A program made the position numbers and the translations under genes. A stretch of DNA of 64,000 nucleotides from a virus. Positions 9,412 through 16,956 of this stretch are shown here, one piece after another. Under the pieces are notes generated by a model. That model was not told where the DNA came from and ran no database searches. It saw nothing but the letters and a program-made list of their open reading frames with translations. Every line of letters starts with the position of its first letter. Position 1 is the first letter of the stretch. Where the stretch lies: the IMG/VR virus record IMGVR_UViG_3300025732_000017. One strand, written 5' to 3'.

Positions 9412-10983
9412 ATGTTTAAATTATTGACTTTTGTATTTGCTTTTATGATGTTTTTGATTTCACAGTTGGCACTTGCTCAACCGAGAGATAGAATATTAAT
9501 TATTGGTGCAAATATTTCTGATGGAAAAACATACGATCCAAGTCGTCAAGCAGATTTAACAACACCTCTTACAATTGGAAATGTATACGAGACTTTGGTT
9601 ACAGCCACATCGGACAATTATGAGGTTCTAAAGCCGGCACTTGCTAAAAAGTGGGAACTTTCAAATTCTGGTAAGTCTTGGAGATTTTATCTTCGCGACA
9701 ATGCTAAGTTTTGGAACGGCGCCCCCGTCACCGCACATGATGTAAAGTTTTCATTTGATAGATTGAAGAATCTTAAAGATCAGCCAGCGGAATTTGCAGA
9801 CAACATCAAGGAAATTGTCGTGCTAGACAATAATACTCTTGATATTTTTGTTGTAAATCCACAAGAATCATTGCTTCCAGTTCTAACAACTGTGTCACTT
9901 TCCGTCTTTTCAAAGAGTCAGCTTGAAGCACTCGGTGGCGTTAGTGATGTAACAGCAAAAGACAAGGATACTGCGACTAAGCATCTTGATGAAAAGTCTT
10001 ACGGATCTGGTCCATATAGAATGACAAGATGGACAAGAAACGAAGTTGTTGTTCTTGAGCGTAATCCATTTTGGCACGAACGTCTACAGTTTGATAGAGT
10101 AATCATTCGTCATATAGCTGATGGTGCTGCACAATTTTTGGCTCTTCAGAGAAATGATATTGATATTGCATTCAATCTATCAAATGAGCAGCTTGATCTA
10201 GCAAAGAGTAGAGATTTTAGAGTTATTTCCGAACCAAGTCTTGATTATGTTTACATGGTTCTTACAAATAGTTCTGAGTTGAATGGCGCTCTTGCAAACA
10301 AGAACGCAAGACTTGCAATTGCACATGCCATAGATTATGACGGAATCATCAAGAATCTTCTTGGGGGACATGGTGTAAGACCAGCATCAATTCTTCCAAT
10401 TGGAATTGGTGGCACAACACAGGAACAAACAGAAAGATTTGGTTACAAACTGGATCTGGAAAAGGCTAAAAAGTATTTGAGCATGTCAAACAATCCAAAC
10501 GGATTTGAATTTACATTCGCATATTCAACAACACCAATGTTAAGTGTCAATCCAGGACTGCTGGCTCAAAAAATGCAGGCAGATCTTGCAAAGATCAACA
10601 TCAAGATGAATTTGACTCCTATGGATCAATCATCATTGGTAACACAATATAGAACTGCAAAACTGCAATCAGGTGTCGTGTCATATACGATTGATGCTCT
10701 TGATGCTAATCTTTGGACTAGACCCTTTGTTACCAGAATTGCAAAGAGAATGCATTGGGAGCCATCAAAAGACTTCGTGAGTCTCGTTGAGATGGCAGCA
10801 GTAGAATCCAATGTTGTTCGTAGAAATGAGATGTATGAACAGTATCAAAAAAATATGGTAAATGAAGCAACTTTCATCAATATTGTTCAACCAACACTCA
10901 AGATTGCTACAAATAAGCAATTAAAGAATGTAAACTTGACTGCAGCTGGGTGGTACATGAATCTAAAAGATGTTAAAAGATGA
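9412..10983 (+). CDS. ABC transporter substrate-binding protein, family 5 (DppA/OppA-like)
   Basis: Signal peptide; VYETLV, PALAKKWE, FYLRDNAKFWNGAPVTAHDVKFSFDR, GSGPY. Confidence 0.93.
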   Translation: MFKLLTFVFAFMMFLISQLALAQPRDRILIIGANISDGKTYDPSRQADLTTPLTIGNVYETLVTATSDNYEVLKPALAKKWELSNSGKSWRFYLRDNAKFWNGAPVTAHDVKFSFDRLKNLKDQPAEFADNIKEIVVLDNNTLDIFVVNPQESLLPVLTTVSLSVFSKSQLEALGGVSDVTAKDKDTATKHLDEKSYGSGPYRMTRWTRNEVVVLERNPFWHERLQFDRVIIRHIADGAAQFLALQRNDIDIAFNLSNEQLDLAKSRDFRVISEPSLDYVYMVLTNSSELNGALANKNARLAIAHAIDYDGIIKNLLGGHGVRPASILPIGIGGTTQEQTERFGYKLDLEKAKKYLSMSNNPNGFEFTFAYSTTPMLSVNPGLLAQKMQADLAKINIKMNLTPMDQSSLVTQYRTAKLQSGVVSYTIDALDANLWTRPFVTRIAKRMHWEPSKDFVSLVEMAAVESNVVRRNEMYEQYQKNMVNEATFINIVQPTLKIATNKQLKNVNLTAAGWYMNLKDVKR

Positions 10984-11031
10984 AAAACTATCATGCTCAA
11001 TAATCAATAAAGATTCATTCAACGGCAACAC

Positions 11032-11039
11032 TATAAATA
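11032..11039 (+). promoter_or_regulatory. T4-type late promoter TATAAATA
   Basis: Exact consensus about 35 nt upstream of the Nudix ATG at 11074. Confidence 0.7.
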
Positions 11040-11073
11040 TAACGTCGTGTCAAGCACTTGTCAAGAGGGAAAT

Positions 11074-11514
11074 ATGAAAACACTTAGGTCTTTTTTACGC
11101 GAACAAGACAATGAAAGACAAGCAGCCGGTGCATTGTTCTATGCACAGGACACAGGTAAGTATGGTATTGCCAAGAGAAGCCAGCATTGCGATTGCCCGC
11201 ATACATATTCACCAGTAGGTGGTTCAGCTGACACGAACGACAAGGATCTCATGGATACAGTCGTTCGTGAAGTTGGCGAAGAGATCGGATGCAAGATTAC
11301 CAGAGATCAGCTCAAGCACATGTATACGGACTATAGCAGACCTAATTTCCAGTATCATACATTTCTTTGCACGATTCCAAAGCAATCCGAATTCATGCCA
11401 AATCTGAATTATGAAAACGATAGATTTGATTGGTTTGGCAAAGACGAGATGCCCAAGAACTTGCATCCCGGCTTCTCAAAAATGCTCAAGGATACGCATC
11501 ACAATCTTCCATAA
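11074..11514 (+). CDS. Nudix hydrolase
   Basis: GGSADTNDKDLMDTVVREVGEEIG Nudix box. Confidence 0.88.
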   Translation: MKTLRSFLREQDNERQAAGALFYAQDTGKYGIAKRSQHCDCPHTYSPVGGSADTNDKDLMDTVVREVGEEIGCKITRDQLKHMYTDYSRPNFQYHTFLCTIPKQSEFMPNLNYENDRFDWFGKDEMPKNLHPGFSKMLKDTHHNLP

Positions 11515-11639
11515 GTCGCCGAACGACGACAAATCAAAATGTCGTTGAACGACGACATGCGACAAGTTGTCATGGAAATTTGTTAGCACTTGCAAAAAAT
11601 TGTTGCACCTGCTAACATATATAATATGATGTCGGCTCA

Positions 11640-11930
11640 ATGGTGAGCGACGAACAATGGAGGCGCACGATGTGGCCCTGGACAATGGAAGAAAACGAAT
11701 ATCTTGCCAAGTTTTTCAAAACTGAAGAGACCAAGAAGACTGCCGATGCACTCGCACACAAGATGAAGAGATTTGCATTGGATGTCACAGACATGCAGGT
11801 TGATATCGCATCCAAGATGTTTGGATTGGTCAACAAGCACACAGACAATCTTTTTGGTATCTATGAGAATGTCTTCAACAAGCAGGTTACCGACTATCGC
11901 AATGTCGTCCGTTCAATGTACAAGGAGTAA
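11640..11930 (+). CDS. Hypothetical helical protein
   Basis: ORF with phage-like codon use; no motif recognised. Confidence 0.5.
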   Translation: MVSDEQWRRTMWPWTMEENEYLAKFFKTEETKKTADALAHKMKRFALDVTDMQVDIASKMFGLVNKHTDNLFGIYENVFNKQVTDYRNVVRSMYKE

Positions 11931-11933
11931 GCA

Positions 11934-12131
11934 ATGAAGTTCTGTTGGGTAAAGAAAGTAGGAAGCAAGGCTAAGGAGTATGGTCTAAAGTTCCTGAAGG
12001 TTCTGGAAGAAGCAAACAAGCGTCGTGCCGAGAGAGCAATCTCACATGAGCTGCGTTACTACTATCAGAGAGAGTATCGTAATGACTTTTTGGAAAAGTT
12101 TCCATATCATGCGGTAACACGCAGAGACTGA
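11934..12131 (+). CDS. Hypothetical protein
   Basis: ORF followed by a terminator. Confidence 0.5.
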   Translation: MKFCWVKKVGSKAKEYGLKFLKVLEEANKRRAERAISHELRYYYQREYRNDFLEKFPYHAVTRRD

Positions 12132-12134
12132 CAG

Positions 12135-12160
12135 AAGGGGCGCCAAAAGCGCCCCTTTTT
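12135..12160 (+). terminator. Rho-independent terminator
   Basis: AAGGGGCGC-caaaa-GCGCCCCTT followed by T run. Confidence 0.8.
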
Positions 12161-12230
12161 GCTAAGTGCTTGATTTCATTCACAAAATTTAGGCCTTGAC
12201 TTTCGGACATATGAATAGTAATATGGAAAC

Positions 12231-12710
12231 ATGTTTAGGGTATTTGTAGGTAGTAAAAATGACGCCGTTCGCTTGGTCAAGCAACACAATGCAACGCATT
12301 GGATCAGTTTGCTTGATCTTGGCGATAGACAATTCTTTCCACCGGGAATGAATGATGTCAATCGGCTTTGGTTGAATTTTGAGGATGTGCTAAGGTCCAC
12401 CGATCGCGGTGCGCCAACGCGAGATCATGTCCAGAAAATACTGGACTTTACCAAGGATCTTGCAGATGGTGTCGTGGTTGTGAACTGCTTTGCTGGTGTT
12501 AGCCGCTCGACGGCAGCTGCGCTTGCGATACTGTTCCAACATCATCGCTGTGTGGAGACGGCAGTTGCTGAACTATTGGATGTGCGTCCGAACGCCTGTC
12601 CGAATCCTGTGATCAGCAAACACGCCGACGATATACTAGGCTGCAATGGACGCTTGTTCGATGCCGCCGAGCACATGGCGAAAACGAGAATTCTTGACAT
12701 ACTGCGATAA
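12231..12710 (+). CDS. CX5R protein-tyrosine/dual-specificity phosphatase-like protein
   Basis: VNCFAGVSRSTAAAL, ACPNP; preceded by extended promoter (TTGAC at 12196). Confidence 0.85.
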   Translation: MFRVFVGSKNDAVRLVKQHNATHWISLLDLGDRQFFPPGMNDVNRLWLNFEDVLRSTDRGAPTRDHVQKILDFTKDLADGVVVVNCFAGVSRSTAAALAILFQHHRCVETAVAELLDVRPNACPNPVISKHADDILGCNGRLFDAAEHMAKTRILDILR

Positions 12711-12799
12711 GTCATTGAATTGATTGAATAAATTTAGGCCTTGACTTATCGTAGTTACCCACATATACTGAGGCTTGTAAGTTGATTGATGAGGTAACG

Positions 12800-12943
12800 A
12801 TGAACCCGAACGAAACGCAGTCTTCTTTTGATGAGGCTGTTGCCGATCCGACCCTCTGGGAAGGATATGAGCAGTGGCTTGACGAGCAGGCTAGCATTTC
12901 GGACTTTGAACTCTGGCATGAGGAAAACGAATACCAGGGTTGA
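12800..12943 (+). CDS. Small very acidic protein (47 aa)
   Basis: GAGG RBS, promoter TTGAC 12741...TATACT; MNPNETQSSFDEAVADPTLWEGYEQWLDEQASISDFELWHEENEYQG. Confidence 0.6.
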   Translation: MNPNETQSSFDEAVADPTLWEGYEQWLDEQASISDFELWHEENEYQG

Positions 12944-13140
12944 TAAAAAAAGTCCTTGTGGTTCCAAAAAAAGTTTAGTAGAATACAGAAATGATGAAAC
13001 GAGACGACTAAATAGAGACATGAAACAGAGAACACATAAACAGAATTCAAATCGCGTCACACTAAAGCCTGAATGGTCAGCCATTCAAGCAGAGAGGCTT
13101 GTCTTGTAAACGGAGTTCCAACTTCGTTACACACAAGACA

Positions 13141-13166
13141 AGCCCTCCTCAGCGAGGGCTTTTTTG
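13141..13166 (+). terminator. Rho-independent terminator
   Basis: AGCCCTC-ctcagc-GAGGGCT followed by T run. Confidence 0.7.
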
Positions 13167-13323
13167 TTGACAAAGTGATGAATACCAGATAGTATCTGAT
13201 ATTCGATAAACGCAACGAGGGCGTGTCCTGCACTAGATTAGGACGAACGGTCGGCACCGAGGATGAAAGCTGCGGGGAGAACGCAGCGAGTAAAATCCGG
13301 AGGCAAGAAACATCAGAGTAACA

Positions 13324-13462
13324 TCTGATGTTTTCTAGTGTGCAGGGGACGAATTGCAATGAACCGCAAGAGGATAAGTTGCCTTTCGGTTGATCTGCCA
13401 ATCAGCGAACGCAAATCCTGGCAGGGATTTATTATATTCTCTGCACACCAGAAAACATCAGA
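13324..13462 (+). ncRNA. Unknown structured RNA A, closed by a 22-bp stem
   Basis: 13324-13345 pairs with 13441-13462 (one mismatch); ends 4 nt before tRNA-fMet. Confidence 0.6.
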
Positions 13463-13466
13463 ATAA

Positions 13467-13541
13467 CGCAGAGTGGAGCAGAAGCAGCTCGTCTGGCTCA
13501 TACCCAGAAGGCCACAGGTGCAAGTCCTGTCTCTGCAACCA
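13467..13541 (+). tRNA. tRNA-fMet (CAT), initiator-like
   Basis: Cloverleaf, C1:A72 mismatch, CCA end. Confidence 0.85.
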
Positions 13542-13689
13542 ATAAGGTGTCGTCATATTGGCGGCACCTACTAGGATGCTTATCTGTGAAGCCCAGCCAG
13601 GGTGGAGATAAGCCAATTGGGTCGCGCAATCCAATGAAGTCGCAATTGAGCGGTGGCACCGACAATTGTGGAGTCCTAGAAAATATCAT

Positions 13690-13777
13690 GGAAGTGTGGG
13701 AGAGTGGTTTAATCCGTCAGTCTTGAAAACTGAAGGACCTACGGGTCCCGTGAGTTCGAATCTCACCGCTTCCGCCA
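13690..13777 (+). tRNA. tRNA-Ser (TGA)
   Basis: Cloverleaf with long variable arm, CCA. Confidence 0.95.
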
Positions 13778-13811
13778 TTCATAAATAAGAAGAATAATTG
13801 AGAGACAGAAC

Positions 13812-14438
13812 ATGTTTACCTTCAAGTCTTTTCTGACAGAAAAGAAAGATCCGAATTCGGATACCGTGCATTTCACGGACATGGACGAGACACTATTCCA
13901 CTATGGAGATGGTCTTCGTATTCATGTCGTGAACCACGAAGGTAAGCGTGTTCAGAGTCTATCCAACTCAGAATTCAATACGCACAAACTACCCAAAGGT
14001 CATCGCTATGACTTCAGCGAGTTCCGCTCAGCGGAAAAGTTTGGCAAGACAGCCAAGCCAATTCGCAAGATGCTAGCCAAGATCAAGGGTATACATAAGA
14101 ATAACAAGAATGTCGCGATTGTTACTGCTCGCGCAGACTTTGACGATAAGGATAAGTTTGCACACCACATGAAAAGATTTGGATTGGATATCAATCAGAT
14201 CCATGTGCATCGCGCAGGCAATCTTGGACTAACGCCAGCTGAAGGCAAGAAACGAGTGATGTCTGATCAGATACGCAAGAATGGATACAAGACAGCGCAT
14301 CTGTATGATGATTCACAAGCCAATTTGGATGCATTTACTTCATTGAAGAAAGATCATCCAGATGTCACGTTTCATGCCCATCATGTTCATCATGATCCCG
14401 AGACTGGCGAGACAAAGATAACAACCAAGACCGTTTGA
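13812..14438 (+). CDS. HAD-superfamily phosphatase-like protein
   Basis: DMDETL motif I, VTAR motif II, YDD motif IV; CATAAATA late-type promoter at 13780. Confidence 0.75.
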   Translation: MFTFKSFLTEKKDPNSDTVHFTDMDETLFHYGDGLRIHVVNHEGKRVQSLSNSEFNTHKLPKGHRYDFSEFRSAEKFGKTAKPIRKMLAKIKGIHKNNKNVAIVTARADFDDKDKFAHHMKRFGLDINQIHVHRAGNLGLTPAEGKKRVMSDQIRKNGYKTAHLYDDSQANLDAFTSLKKDHPDVTFHAHHVHHDPETGETKITTKTV

Positions 14439-14443
14439 TATAC

Positions 14444-14519
14444 GGAGCGTTCGTCTAGAGGCCTAGGACCGCGGGCTTTCAATCCGCTAACAGGGGTTCG
14501 AATCCCCTACGCTCTACCA
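14444..14519 (+). tRNA. tRNA-Glu (TTC)
   Basis: Cloverleaf, CCA. Confidence 0.95.
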
Positions 14520-14603
14520 TTTTGCCAAGTTTTTGAGATAAAACTGGCCGCACATGGTCGCGAGAGAAACAGGTTGGAAACGTGCCATGATGTTCCAATC
14601 ACC

Positions 14604-14716
14604 TATCTTCATCACTCTGTGCATCAGGCGCGGCCGCGCCCCTATGCTAGAGCATAGCCTATCCATGCTGGGTAGGTTGTAGTGCAATTCTACCGATGCA
14701 CAGAGTCATGAAGATA
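14604..14716 (+). ncRNA. Unknown structured RNA B, closed by a 22-bp stem
   Basis: 14604-14625 pairs with 14695-14716 (one mismatch), enclosing several hairpins; 2 nt before tRNA-Val. Confidence 0.6.
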
Positions 14717-14718
14717 AT

Positions 14719-14794
14719 GGGCGCAGCGCCAGATGGGAAGGCATCGCGTTTACACCGCGACATTGAGCGGGTTCGATTCCCGAGGCGCCCACCA
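14719..14794 (+). tRNA. tRNA-Val (TAC)
   Basis: Cloverleaf (A7:G66 mismatch), CCA. Confidence 0.9.
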
Positions 14795-14799
14795 AGTTT

Positions 14800-14870
14800 G
14801 GATCGGATATCAACGGGGGATGGGTTCGTTTCGACAGCCCATCTCGGAAGTTCAAATCTTCCCCGATCCA
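14800..14870 (+). ncRNA. tRNA-like element with aberrant anticodon arm, no encoded CCA
   Basis: Acceptor GGATCGG/CCGATCC and T-arm GGAAG-TTCAAAT-CTTCC; no canonical 7-nt anticodon loop. Confidence 0.5.
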
Positions 14871-14878
14871 ATTCAAAT

Positions 14879-14956
14879 GGACCGATGACTGGAATTGGCT
14901 ATCAGTCTTGACTCTTAATCAAGAATATGTGGGTTCGAACCCCACTCGGTCCTCCA
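14879..14956 (+). tRNA. tRNA-Lys (CTT)
   Basis: Cloverleaf, U73, CCA. Confidence 0.93.
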
Positions 14957-14961
14957 CTAAA

Positions 14962-15195
14962 AGCGGCTTAGTGATCGTGCATAGCACACAGACGGAGGGA
15001 CTGCTGTAGAAAGTGTCCTGGGATAATATCCCGTCGCTCAATTTCAACTTCGCTGGAGAGGGAATGGTAGGGCTCATGCGGCCAGCATGAATCTGAATTC
15101 GGCTCTCAAAATAAAGGCATTGCCAGACCATGAAACGCCTGGACACTGGCCGTGGTAAAGTAGTGGGTTGTTGGTTCGATTCCAACCGCGAATCA
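14962..15195 (+). ncRNA. Unknown multi-helix RNA ending in a T-arm-like hairpin
   Basis: AGTGTCC/GGACACT, GGGAT/ATCCC, TCATGC/GCATGA, GAGAG/CTCTC helices; GTTGG-TTCGATT-CCAAC at 15170-15186. Confidence 0.45.
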
Positions 15196-15200
15196 ATTTA

Positions 15201-15275
15201 GGGCCCTTAGTGCTAGTGGGAACACGTCGGTTTTGCATACCGAAGTCAGGAGTTCGACTCTCCTAGGGTCCACCA
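15201..15275 (+). tRNA. tRNA-Ala (TGC)
   Basis: Cloverleaf, G3:U70, CCA. Confidence 0.95.
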
Positions 15276-15361
15276 ATTGACGGCTCATGGATTGCAGTTC
15301 ATGGGTGTAGTCGGTCAGCCAGGTATAATCAATGAAAGACTGCAATCTTTCAATTATATCT

Positions 15362-15433
15362 GCTTCGTTCGTCTAGAGGAGTAGGACACCGACCACACGG
15401 TCTGGAAACGTTGGTGCAAGTCCAACACGAAGA
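15362..15433 (+). ncRNA. Degenerate tRNA-like element (Glu/Asp-type D arm, 4-nt anticodon loop)
   Basis: CTTCGT/ACGAAG acceptor, GTTGG-TGCAAGT-CCAAC T-arm, GACC-acac-GGTC; no CCA. Confidence 0.5.
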
Positions 15434-15451
15434 TTTGCTGATTTCATTCAT

Positions 15452-15527
15452 GCTCCTGTCGTCTAGAGGCCTAGGACATTGCCCTCTCAAGGCAGAAACA
15501 CGGGTTCAAATCCCGTCAGGAGTACCA
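15452..15527 (+). tRNA. tRNA-Glu (CTC)
   Basis: Cloverleaf, CCA. Confidence 0.95.
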
Positions 15528-15533
15528 GTTGAT

Positions 15534-15608
15534 GGAGGCTATCGTCTAGTGGCGAGGACGGCGGTTTGTGAGTCCGCAGGCGAGAGTTCAATTCTCTCTA
15601 GTCTCCCA
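15534..15608 (+). tRNA. tRNA-His (GTG) with G-1:C73
   Basis: Cloverleaf, anticodon loop TTGTGAG; full CCA not encoded after C73. Confidence 0.85.
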
Positions 15609-15620
15609 TCAAAATCTTAT

Positions 15621-15694
15621 TGGAGGATCGGCTAACGGCAGGCCTGCGGCCTTTGACTCCGCTAATCTTGGTTCGAATCCAAGTCCTCCAGCCA
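15621..15694 (+). tRNA. tRNA-Gln (TTG)
   Basis: Cloverleaf, CCA. Confidence 0.93.
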
Positions 15695-15696
15695 GC

Positions 15697-16206
15697 TTAG
15701 TAAAGAATGAGAGAACGTCCCCTAACAAATCCAGATGGAATATCACAATCGAATTTTATTCTTGTGTTTGTTTTACCATCTGTAATCCAGATTTGCTTGT
15801 GCGTTCTTTTATATCCTTTATTTGATTTACCTCGTAAAGATGCACTTATTTTATCTTTATGTTCTTTAGATTTTGGTTTTGCAATAAATGCATTACTAAT
15901 TCTTATTTTAGTTTCTAATGAATAAAGTTTGCCGGCGACACCATCGCCACCATCTGTCATGTTGCGGAGAATGCCTGTGCCTAAGTCTTTGCGACCATAC
16001 CAACGAATATAACGTCGCTCTAGTGCAGATGCACCTGTGTTGGACAGATTAGTTTCAATAAACACTATTCTGGATCTGTCTTTAGGAACTGCAATACGAT
16101 GATTTTTTGAATACGCTCTTTTGTTGCAGCCCTTACCGATGTAGTAAGGAGTTCCATCTGGGCGTAGATATGCATAGACATAGTAGCAATAAATATCGTT
16201 TGACAT
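15697..16206 (-). CDS. Free-standing GIY-YIG homing endonuclease (Seg-like, NUMOD3-type C-terminus)
   Basis: YYVYAY...[28 protein letters not shown] motifs; antisense insertion in the tRNA array. Confidence 0.88.
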   Translation of the reverse strand: MSNDIYCYYVYAYLRPDGTPYYIGKGCNKRAYSKNHRIAVPKDRSRIVFIETNLSNTGASALERRYIRWYGRKDLGTGILRNMTDGGDGVAGKLYSLETKIRISNAFIAKPKSKEHKDKISASLRGKSNKGYKRTHKQIWITDGKTNTRIKFDCDIPSGFVRGRSLILY

Positions 16207-16292
16207 TGCTGTGTCTTCCTGTTAGAGTTATAGACATAGAGTGGATGGAAGTTGTCGCTTCGCGATCCACACTTATTTATACGAAAGTTTAT

Positions 16293-16367
16293 TCACCTCT
16301 CGGCTAATTGGTAGGCCTTTTCGCTCTGAACGAAACAGTCTTGGTTCGAATCCACGGAGGTGATCCA
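16293..16367 (+). tRNA. tRNA-Gln (CTG)
   Basis: Cloverleaf with one T-stem mismatch, CCA. Confidence 0.88.
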
Positions 16368-16374
16368 ATAATAT

Positions 16375-16459
16375 TCTCGGTCGGGGTATCCTGTTAGAGT
16401 TCTGCGCTCATTATGCATGTGAGAAAGCGAAGTCTGTGCAAATCAGACACCGAGAGCCA
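16375..16459 (+). ncRNA. Atypical tRNA-like RNA with CCA end
   Basis: TCTCGGT/ACCGAGA-G-CCA acceptor, GTCTG-TGCAAAT-CAGAC T-arm; enlarged D region; possible anticodon loop TATGCAT lacking U33. Confidence 0.55.
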
Positions 16460-16465
16460 ATTTAT

Positions 16466-16555
16466 GGAGAGTGGGCAGGACGGTAATGCAGCGGTTTGCT
16501 AAACCGTAGATCAGGTAAAATGGATCACAGGGTTCGACCCCCTGACTCTCCGCCA
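16466..16555 (+). tRNA. tRNA-Ser (GCT)
   Basis: Cloverleaf, long variable arm, CCA. Confidence 0.95.
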
Positions 16556-16556
16556 T

Positions 16557-16630
16557 ATCAGCGTAGTGTAACGGTAGCACGGCAGCCTCCAAAACTGCTT
16601 GTCAGGGTTCGAATCCTTGCGCTGGTGCCA
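16557..16630 (+). tRNA. tRNA-Trp (CCA)
   Basis: Cloverleaf, CCA. Confidence 0.92.
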
Positions 16631-16639
16631 TTTTAGCCC

Positions 16640-16668
16640 TTGACATGCCCAGCATGTCATAGTATACT
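16640..16668 (+). promoter_or_regulatory. sigma70-type promoter
   Basis: TTGACA-N17-TATACT. Confidence 0.8.
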
Positions 16669-16690
16669 TCAGATGTTGTTTGAAAATTGA

Positions 16691-16871
16691 ATATGACTTT
16701 CTGATGGGCGAGAAGTGCATCATCACACATTGGATGAAGCACCTTTGAGACGCGCGGGCGTCAGACCAGGCGAAAGCCTTTAGGGGTCGGCCTTTGACGC
16801 GGTCACCTGTCACGGCGAAGATTGTGGGGATGACAGCCACAATTGGATCCTCGCCCATCAGAAAGTCATAT
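16691..16871 (+). ncRNA. Unknown structured RNA C, closed by a perfect 22-bp stem
   Basis: ATATGACTTTCTGATGGGCGAG (16691-16712) is the exact reverse complement of 16850-16871; internal helices; starts 22 nt after its own promoter. Confidence 0.7.
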
Positions 16872-16881
16872 CAGTAAATAT

Positions 16882-16956
16882 GCTCCTGTGGCTCAACGGA
16901 AGAGCGGCCGGTTTCTACCCGGTAGGTTGTGGGTTCGAATCCTGCCAGGAGCGCCA
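16882..16956 (+). tRNA. tRNA-Arg (TCT)
   Basis: Cloverleaf, CCA. Confidence 0.93.

Noticed and set aside
14957-15195. RNase P RNA
   Set aside because: Only a short CGGCTTA resemblance; the conserved GAGGAAAGTCC P4 5' strand and matching order are absent
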